This document shows positions 52,201 through 61,000 of a stretch of 64,000 nucleotides of DNA, one piece after another. Positions within the stretch are counted from its first letter, which is position 1. Every line of letters starts with the position of its first letter. The notes under the pieces are model-generated. The model had not been told where the DNA came from, searched no databases, and worked only from the letters and a program-made list of their open reading frames with translations. The stretch comes from a virus. The position numbers and the translations under genes were made by a program. The stretch is from IMG/VR virus record IMGVR_UViG_3300037189_022865, positions 1 to 64,000 of that record. One strand, 5' to 3'.

Positions 52201-54583
52201 ACTTTATCATTTGGTTGGTATTAGAATCTCTAGTTAACCAACCGGTTTTAAAATCTACAAAAGTAGCTTCCCCGTTTTGATGCACAAAAAGTCCGTCATA
52301 TGTTGTAGCAAGTTTATTACCATCCTTATCTACCATTAAATCAGAAACTATTACACCTTCTGAAGAAACTTTGTCTCTTAGTCCTGGGGGTAGAGTATTA
52401 TCCAAGTCTACTATAACTCCCGCAGCTTCAAAAATTTTATCTAAATTATTTTTTATTCTTTTAATGCTGGGATGAGACTCTAATGAAATAAAATCTGCCT
52501 TAGTTGCTTTGGCATACTTAATAGCGTTTTGCTTAGCTTCTTCTTTCTTTTGTGGGTTTTGTTCTAAAACATATTGAAAATAAGCGTGAATTAACTTACC
52601 TTTATTTTTAAACTCATTTAATCTGGCTTCAATAGTTCTATACACATCTTGAAAAGTCAACCTTTCACCTTGTATAGTTATTGTTTCTTTTATTTCATCT
52701 TCGTTTTTATCATAGATATTTACACCATTTCTAGCAAAAACTTTTTTCGCTTCATATTCAGCATCACTGTTAGAATAGCGTTTTTGCTTAGAAGAAAATT
52801 CTCCAACTTCCACATCCCCAACAAATGAAGTAATACGTTTAGCTTTTTCTCCAGTACTAATGTTTTCATAATATACAGAATTATCAAAAGAAGACCAGCC
52901 CTGTGCTTGTTTTTCTAACTCATTAATATAATCTATTTTAGGTTTCTTTTTAGCTCCAAGTCCATTGGCTACAGCTTCCTCGGCTTCATCTAATCTTTGA
53001 TAAGCAGTTCTTATTACGTTATCAGAAATAGTCATACCCCTTTCAAAAGTATTTAAAACTTCTATTAGCGTTGAGGTAGCTGTCAAGGAATTTTTTAATC
53101 CTAAAAAGTTTCTAATATAATTTAAAAAGTATTTTAGATATAGATTATATTTATTACTTATAGCTTGCTCTCCTAAATACTGAACAACACTCTCTTCTCT
53201 ATCCTCTATCCCATTGTTAACATAAGATTCTTTATAAAGAATTTCAAATGTTTGTGGAGAAGTTTGCATTAATGTAGATACAAATGGGTGATAATATTCG
53301 TGAAGCGGAGTATCTTCGGTCGCATAAGCAACGTTAATTACTACTATCTTTTCTTTACCCCTGTTTACGTATTTACCTCTAAATTTTTGGTTTGGGTCAT
53401 CTATTATTTGATACGGTATTGAAAATCTAGCAGAAAGCTCTTCTAATAAATTAGTTAACTTTGTACTAGCTTTTACCGGTAAGAAAACATTTTCATTTGT
53501 TTCTGGAAATAAAGTAATTGTTTTTGGTGTAGAAACATTATTTTTTACATTGTTTTTTACAAATTCTTTAAAACCTGCGATGTCTTTATTAGAGCCAAGT
53601 ATATGTATTTGATTTTTGTTTTTTACTATAAAGTTTCTACCTTCTTCAAATTCTTCTCCCCCAGGTCCAGCATCTTCAACTTGCGGCAATATAACAGAAT
53701 CTCCTCCTAAAGAGTTTATGTACTCTAAAGCTACATCACCTTCACCACGAGTTCCTCCAGCAAATAGTTTAGTGTCTCCTACAACAGGATTTTCCATATT
53801 AAGTATTACGGGAATATTTACACTAGCTCCTGTTTGAAAATATTTTTCTTTTTTAAGTAAACCTTCTAATTCTGGAAAACTTAAAACATACTCAACTAAC
53901 TTAACTACTTCTGAGTCAGTTAAATTAAACGATTTTTGTATATTATCTAGTAATTTATCTAAAAGAGTGTCGTCAGAACTTTTAGCAGCTACCCAAAGAT
54001 TTGCTAAATCAATTGAAGAAAAAATATTAGCGACGTTAAAATCCCCAAAAAAGTAACCAGCTTGATTACTTTTATTATCTGTTATTTTTGTGGCTTTGTT
54101 TTTATCAAAATCTTGTGTTTTATACCAGTCCCCCAAAGTGCCATGGTACACCACATCCTGCATTTTACTTTGTGGAAAAATAGTATTTAGATATTGAGAG
54201 TACTGTTCTTTAGTTCCTACAGAAGCTAACTCCGGTGTTGTTTTAAATACATAATCTACACCTTCTTTTTTTTCTTGAGTAGCCATCATAGGACTTTCTA
54301 CAATTACACTATCTCCTTCTAACCTAACGTTTAAACCATCAAATCTAGAATAAAAAATTCTAGCCATTAGTTCTTCTGAAAAAGTTGAACCCCCTAAAAA
54401 ATCTGCATATTTAGTTCTAAAGAATACTGGGTTTCTTCGTATTGCAGTTAATATAGCATTGTAGACGGGTTCGTTAAACGAAGGAGTTACTGCTTCAGTA
54501 TTATACAATACCAAAGCAGCTTCTTCTCCGTGCATTTCTACAAGCCTTCTCCACTCTTCTGAGTTTTTATTTGGACAGACCAT
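49280..54583 (-). CDS. Giant virion/ejection (polyvalent) protein with ART-like, zincin and PD-(D/E)xK-like modules
   Basis: ATG 54583 (TAATG overlap); VVYHGT..GYFF..NP, TPLHEYYHP, YDGL..VDFKTG; C-terminal hydrophobic helices. Confidence 0.75.
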   Translation of the reverse strand: MVCPNKNSEEWRRLVEMHGEEAALVLYNTEAVTPSFNEPVYNAILTAIRRNPVFFRTKYADFLGGSTFSEELMARIFYSRFDGLNVRLEGDSVIVESPMMATQEKKEGVDYVFKTTPELASVGTKEQYSQYLNTIFPQSKMQDVVYHGTLGDWYKTQDFDKNKATKITDNKSNQAGYFFGDFNVANIFSSIDLANLWVAAKSSDDTLLDKLLDNIQKSFNLTDSEVVKLVEYVLSFPELEGLLKKEKYFQTGASVNIPVILNMENPVVGDTKLFAGGTRGEGDVALEYINSLGGDSVILPQVEDAGPGGEEFEEGRNFIVKNKNQIHILGSNKDIAGFKEFVKNNVKNNVSTPKTITLFPETNENVFLPVKASTKLTNLLEELSARFSIPYQIIDDPNQKFRGKYVNRGKEKIVVINVAYATEDTPLHEYYHPFVSTLMQTSPQTFEILYKESYVNNGIEDREESVVQYLGEQAISNKYNLYLKYFLNYIRNFLGLKNSLTATSTLIEVLNTFERGMTISDNVIRTAYQRLDEAEEAVANGLGAKKKPKIDYINELEKQAQGWSSFDNSVYYENISTGEKAKRITSFVGDVEVGEFSSKQKRYSNSDAEYEAKKVFARNGVNIYDKNEDEIKETITIQGERLTFQDVYRTIEARLNEFKNKGKLIHAYFQYVLEQNPQKKEEAKQNAIKYAKATKADFISLESHPSIKRIKNNLDKIFEAAGVIVDLDNTLPPGLRDKVSSEGVIVSDLMVDKDGNKLATTYDGLFVHQNGEATFVDFKTGWLTRDSNTNQMIKYGEEFGINDSRLSRAYLEKALRTVMLKEKFPDLKFRSIKLLVIDAMGNPTAMELDLEPYLFTIQNYYKTNHPKIHDEMEKKGLFKLSNYKGVTQSLIDLHSEISHLSRDEKLIYLKNKLSDLYLRSSKEQVERDPRKKALSIKYSQAILEIEKEPTIDLKSKTPDLGFFWKIKNFSDVDNPRIQVLHKVLLEAKQRLNIFSKNLEENHDNLFLKLVNERVGPNDKMNKAALKGLEMVHFASMATWNPILAAGVVAAHNAIASKTQMDTRDFYAFMWRKSDEIGGTGYYLNTKNTYVKNGKEVPMTKAEQDYRNYVHKTMKEEYNKFAKEIVGFDEVTRQPIYRYSSLGLPEEMPLDFMPRIPKSINEIREEEIKTSGYGAGLMGLKTTVGEEFKRSLNGFFEDKYGRGSEGIQFRYFKHTDSPGIVDAENHSFNGQIAFKMFMMSMKTKQEMDPLYDLARGVRNALDEELMESGEEARYSNTVQWLDDEIYTQILGRQKTEKVLTRAVRWKAGKLTEKVTGIKEGTDVRISEIEIVRWLRTSVSFLTLGFKVISPIRNGIYVTLQTISQSTKNIVTKGLSKIYGVDVEELGQIDLVGGKIVFNDYIAKAIMGKPEESKLWNIAKAINWLPDNYVISDEDIKKMEAVSKIGLGENAYAAYSLFENFSSLWHLAGLLKSTKVLDKDGNKISLWDAHDDKGGWNMGVRGVVENSDGTTTELKELTAMEIKALKRTHERVSGSYRKDEKIAMEASVWGDFLAQFQKHAFQYVKVLFGSKYRDRSIGKYVLVGKKPDGMPMYEWHSEILQGQIKIFFAALFAAIQGKHMDYMTGGDLGEATLKNARIRAMSSLINTLIWWLTMLAIYSWAFDDEEEKTPLGKSAARIVTDMSRFLSLKDILDATDKPVVSLEVANKIGKSTWALLTEGMSGEVDKQGWPKGLRGFLTLTPGYSSRSQIEQILGNDEDPSFLYGIYPLK

Positions 54584-57500
54584 TAGCACTTATTTTTTTG
54601 ATTATAGACTTCTATAAAGTCTGCTGTTTTCATTCCTTTTTCTAATTCTTGTAAAAAGGTTTTGTCAAAAGTAAACATAGTTAAATTAGTTCCAGTATTA
54701 GCCGATACAAAAGCATACAGCCCATTACCAAAATAAAGTATATCTCCCTCTTTCTTTTTAGCAAGCGGTCCTTGTGCAGGGGTATAAACTAAACCACTTG
54801 CATCTTTAGTTAAACTAATATTTCCAACCATTTCAACGTCTAATTCGTTTTCTTTAATTGCTATAGTTAGCTCTGGCGATTTTTGTTGAACATTAGTTGG
54901 CGGAAGTATTCTGTCTATATAATTCAATTTATTATAAAATAAATCTACAAGACCTCTATTTAATATTTTATACCGTCTAACCGAATCAAAAACATCTTTA
55001 GTTATAACTATTGTTGCTCCATCTTTTACTTTTTCATTTAATATCACGGCAGTTTCATCTAGTATATCTTGTTGTTGCTGCTCAGTTAAATCTTTTGGTA
55101 TGTTAAAAAATGGTAACTTTATAGAACGTTCTTCTTTAGGAGAAATAACAATAGTAGATGCTTCTAAATCTTTACTTGTTCTTTCTTTTCTAAAATATTC
55201 TGATACCGTATCAACTACAACGGTAGCGTTAACATCGGTGTTAAGAAACTTTTTAAAACCTTTTCTAACCCTTTCAATTAATTGAGTCGAGTACATAGGT
55301 CTTTGTTCAGTTGCTCCTAAAATATAAGTAGTTACTCCCTCAGATTCTTGTATATCTTTAACGTAATAAGCAGTGGCTGTTGTTGGATCTACAGAATATA
55401 AATCAATTGCTAACACACGATCAAATTTTTGTAAAGATAGTTTTTTCTTTTTTAATCTTATTTTACCCCCTTGAATAATGCTACTATTAACAAGTTTATA
55501 ATCTCCAAGATTAAACAAGGCTTTTAAATCAAACGATTTATCTAAATCGAAAAGAGAAAAATTATAAGCACTAGGAGTTTTATCCCCTATTTTTACATAG
55601 TAGGACATACCACTTCCAGGAGTATCTACAAGCATAAACACACCTTGATCATAATAACTTATAAATCTAGGGGTAGATGCGTTCGGCGCTACCGGGAAAA
55701 CTAAATCATAGTGTACAGTAGAAACAGTATCTTCTTCTTGAGATGATTGGTAGTTTGTACTTCCAGCATAAATAGTTTTTTTGATTTTAGTTTGCGGCAC
55801 TGGAACTTTAACTGTAACTGGTTTTGCTTTTGGAAATCTACCAATAAGATCTGGTCTGGCCCTAACTAACTGATACAAAAACTTGTCTTTTATACTCAAT
55901 AGGTTTGCGTCAGTAGTGTAAGAATCTTTTGGAATAACAGATTCCATGCGAGCAGCAAAAGCTTTAGCAAAAGCAAATCCCCATTCGGGAGGAAATATTA
56001 ATGAAAAACCGGTTTTTTCATAGTACATACTATCGGTCATCAAAGAGTATTTAAATAAATCTAATGCCAATTGCTTGCCACTAATAAATTTTCCATCTCC
56101 AATTGGAACTTCTTCTGTATTATACAACTTTTCAAATCCGTCCCTAATTCTTTCTATTACTTCATCATCATCTAATTTGTCAGCTACTATCATAGCTCTA
56201 TTAACGCCATTATAACTACTAAATTCTAGTGAGTTTACAAATGAGTTGTCATCTAATTCATTGTGTACTTTAAATAAAGTGTTTACAAATTCTCTTTGCC
56301 AAGCTCTAGCATTTTCAGCGTTTCCTTCAACATAATTTGAAACTTCGACATCCCCTATTTTAAATTTAAGATTGGAAGTTAAAAACTTAATTAATTCTTT
56401 CGAAACTTCTCCAGCCTTGTCCATAGAGTCATACGCACTAAATAAGTTTGCTTCTTTAGTTATATTTTCTACAAATCTTTGAACTGTTGGTGAATATATA
56501 TTAAATATTTGCTCCAAAACATTTCTAAAAGTTATTGCTGTTCTGTAAAGCGCCTTAACGTGTGGCAAATTTAATATGGCGACATTAGAAAAAGCCGAAG
56601 AATTAGAAGGCTCAACTTTTCTGGATGTTGTTTTTCTTATTACGCGGTTAACATAGTTAGCTCTAATTTGATTGTTAGCTGTGTACATCATAGAGCTGAA
56701 TTCTTTAACAAACTCTAAAGCTTCTTCTTTTTCTATACCAGTGATTCTGCCAACTATTCTTTCTGCAATGCTCTTGATTTCTCCTCTAGTTCCAGTGGCC
56801 TCCCCTTTAAAGTGAGCTAAACTTTCTATGTTATCTATAAGCGAAGTTATCTGCCACATTTTATTCGGCAAATAACGAAGGCCTTTGTATATCATTGATT
56901 GTTTAAATGTCTCTTGACCAAGAGGTATCATTGCTCGCATAGTTTCTAAAAGAAACAAATTGGCAATAAGAGTTTCAGCTTCTGACGCTTGTCCAGTGTA
57001 AACTTTTTCTAGAAGTTCATCAGTTAAACCTTTAGTACTTTTACCTTGTTGGCCGTACAAACCAAATAATATACTATTAAGAGGTAAAAAGCTTTGTCCA
57101 GATATTTTTGTTTCGGAGATTTGTACGTTATACTCATCTTTTAATATTCTAGCCACTTCAGGCCACAAGTCTTCATTACTTGCGTAAGTTTTATGCAAGT
57201 CTTTACTTATCTCCTCAATACTTTCTTGTGTCCATCTTTTTCCTTCACTGATCTTAGCTATTACTGGAGATTTAAACATCAAAGATACTGAATTAAGAGG
57301 TACCCCACTAGCAAGAAGCGTCAAAAATATATTAGCATTTGTGTTTGTAATGCCCAGCAAGTGAAGCTTTTGCATTTTAACGTTGTCAATAGCAAGGTTA
57401 ATTAATGTATCTATGTCTTCGAACACATTAGTACCATCAAAAGCTATGCGTCTAAATGCATTTAAAGCTTTTCCATTTCATTTTATAAAAGAAGAAGAAA

Positions 57501-58092
57501 CAACTTCATTAGCTCCCTTACCAGAAAAGATTTTCATATCCGAAAATTTTGGATTCTCCCTTCCTGTTATTCTTAAGTGAGGCATCTTTTCGATGAGCCT
57601 TTCGATAGTTGGAGCATCATTTTCTTGCATTAAAGTTTTTATCTCCGCACTATTAACAGACATTACAGTTTTAGTTCTGGTGTCTAATATTTCTGTTGGA
57701 GGAGTAGCGTCAAATATATAACCAAACACTTTAGAGAAGTTAGCTACTATACCAGTAAGAGCAATACCGGAATAAGTGTTGTATCTTATTTTTTCTTGTG
57801 TGGAGTAATCGGTAAGATTTCCTTTTGGATTAAGTGCTTCGTCAGCTTGTTTTTTAGTTACATAACCACTTACTTCCTTACCATTTTTCTTTATTTCTAA
57901 CCGAGTTCACAACTCCATTATAGACTCGGTTTTATTTATAAAATCATACCTCTCAACTATCACAGAAGCTAGTGGAGAAGGGGATTCTACTCCTTCAAGT
58001 AAAACCCCCATTCCTTTTTCCAATAACATTTGCTTAAGTTCTTCTTTGGTATATTCTACATCATTTATTATATATTTACAAGTTACTGGCAT
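54583..58092 (-). CDS. Virion RNA polymerase C-terminal part, 1169 aa, 2 in-frame TGA
   Basis: Track ORFs 57907-58092, 57478-57729 and 54583-57426 share a frame and are joined by TGA 57907 and 57478; GIALTGIVAN and LAIDNVK motifs follow on from the catalytic part. Confidence 0.75.
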
Positions 58093-61000
58093 ATCTGTTT
58101 AATTAAACCACTTTCTTCAAGAGTTTGTAGGAACTTATCATCATCTAATTTTTCGCTAAGTTCTTTTTTAAGCTCAGATCTAAGAGTTATTATTTTATCA
58201 AATGAAATAGGTGTAAGAAGATCTTTTCTATTTTTCATGTTCCTCATATTCGTAGAGAAATTATGAACAATAAAGTTTTTAGCAGCGTACTCAGCTATAT
58301 CGGAAAGACTTTGTAATATTTTTTCTTTATCTTCAATAGCATTTTCAATTGCTTCTTTTTGAAGTTCTGATGCTCCTTGTAACTGTTTAGTTAATGATTC
58401 TAATTGTTTATTTACCTTTAATATGTGTTTATCTAAATACTCATATAGTTTGTAACCATCAAAATCAATTAATTCGTTATTTTTAAATCCATAAGGCTCA
58501 TTAGCCTCAACTATTAATTTAGGATCATCTTGATGTTCTGGATCTATTCCTTTAATAAGTTCGTTTAAGTTTATAGTTTCATTTGGGTAATCTTTTCTAG
58601 CTACAAATAATGTATCAATATCGTAGTCAGATCCATGATAATAAACTATTAACGATGGGGCAATAATAACGTTTCCTTTAGAACCTGGTGGAACTGGATA
58701 AAAACCAACAACTTTAAGTGGAACTAAAGAGTGGTAGTTTGATGTGGGGATACGGAAACCAATTATACCGTCTTTAATTTGTTCCATATATGGTCTATAT
58801 GTTTCAGGTAGTATAACTTCGCAAAATCCGTTTTCGTCGCGCCATTTAAGATTACGCATTACCCCATCAATTTCTACCGGTCCCAAATCTGCTTGAAGAA
58901 CAAGTTTAGAACCTGGGAATCTAAAGCCGGTAGTTGCTTTTGTAAATATTGAAGATAAATTGGAAAGTACTCTATCTCCAATCAAAGGCATGTCTAATGG
59001 AACCTTATTTTTTCCTGTTCCTAAACTGAGCATTTCGTATACATCTCTTGCTCCCGGAAGTCCCTGAAGTAACGAGGTAAGCATCCTGCGTATTTTGTTT
59101 TCAGTGCCTTTTGTAACACCACCTTTTCTAGTAAGCCTTAGTTTTCTAGATAAACCTCTTAATCCATTTTCTATTATAAATGCGTTTGCTTTGTGCATTT
59201 CAAAAGTTTCTGCTGTATTTTTACCATTGGTATTCATCATAGCAGTACCTTGAGACTTATTAGCAACGCTACCTTCAACGCTCTTTGCCGGATTTAACTG
59301 GAAACGTAAGTTCTCATTATTAATATTAACAATAGCTTTCTCGTCTAAACTTGAAGCAATAATTCTACCAGTTTCGTCTAATTTAGCTTTTACAGCAGGG
59401 CTACCAATTTTAACAGCAGAAGCGAAAACCATTTGGTCTACCCCTTTTGCTCTCATGGCATCTGCATAAGAAGCTAGGTGAGGATATTGTTTTATTAACT
59501 CCGGAGTTAATACTTTAACAGAATATTTAATAGCTCTAGGAACTCCATTTTCTATGGAGAAATAAACAGGTTTTAATATGACGTCCGCTTTAGCGTCAAA
59601 ACCATAAGCAGAGGCAAGTTTCTCGTAAAACTCCGGCAGCATAAATCCTTCAGCATCTGAAGCTTCATACTCTTGGTCATAAGAAGAAGCCAGCATATCG
59701 TGAAGTGTTGGGTCTACTACTCTCTTAAGATCTTCTACAACTAAAACTTTAGAGGTTTTTGGCATACCAAATTTCTCATCCACCAAAAGAGTATCTCCAG
59801 TAGCTGTTGCTATCTGGATACGTTTGGTTTGATCTTCTTTAGATTTATAAAAAGTTTCGTCTCCGTAAACTATTTGGGATAAAGAATATTGGTTGATTAC
59901 ATAGTTGTAATAAAAATACTCTAGTCCTTTTTTTACAGCAGCATTTTTCTGTTTAAAAAATCTTTCTTTTTCTTGATCAGTTAAATTGTTATCCCATTTA
60001 GGTATTGTTGCTAGTCCAAGCAAAGAAGATGCTTTACTAATTGCCCAAGTAGGTATCTGAACTTCTGGAGGAGAATTTAATTCTTCTTTAAAAGCTTCAA
60101 ACAAACCGTTTTCCCCATTTACCATGTTAGCTACATGTTGTTTAACTGCTTTTAAAGCTTGCTGCTCGGTCATACTATCTACATTCCCACTTAATCCTGC
60201 AAATGTAAATTCTTTCCAACGCTCTCTATAAGTTTTAGAGTTATTAAGTTCGGGATGAACTAAACTTCCATCAGGATTTTTTGCATCTGGATCAGGTCTA
60301 TTTTTTTGAGCTCGTATTATTTGTAATATGGCTTCATCAATAGTCTCTTGAGTTCTAAAGCTATTAACTAAAACAGCTTGAACGCTCGTACGGTTAGACG
60401 GAATTGGAAGAGCTTGATAATACTTACCTCCTCTATTTGCTAAAGTAACAAAAAAGTTTCCAGCAATATTTCTTTCTCTAAACTCTTTAAGATTTTCTTT
60501 TCTAAGAGTTTTAGCAAATTTAGAACCGTCTTTCCATTTAATAGAATCATGGTCCACAGTTTCAAATATGTCGTTCTTTTTTGTAAAGAAAATATTGTCT
60601 TTCAAAAACACATCATTACTAGAAATTTTACCATCTTTAAGTTCAAAAATAGATAACTTTTTAAATGGTAACTTTTCTTTAATTCTTTGGAATATATTGA
60701 ATACATCTGTTTGCCAAGATGCGTCTATCCAACCATATGCTTTTTTACCATCGCCTCTAGTGTAACTTCCGGATTCGGCTAACGTATAATGTGAATTAAT
60801 CATGTTAGCTATTTCGTCCAAAAGTCCGTATTCATTTTCAAGCAATTCTGTTCCCGTAATTCTATCTTCAGGATTATCGGATTCACTTTTTTGAGCTGCG
60901 TCTAAGGCTGCATTATATCTAGAAGATATGCCATCTATACTTTTACTAAGTCGTTCAAATACAGCTTCTTTTGAACTAACTGAAGCATCACCTAATTTTT

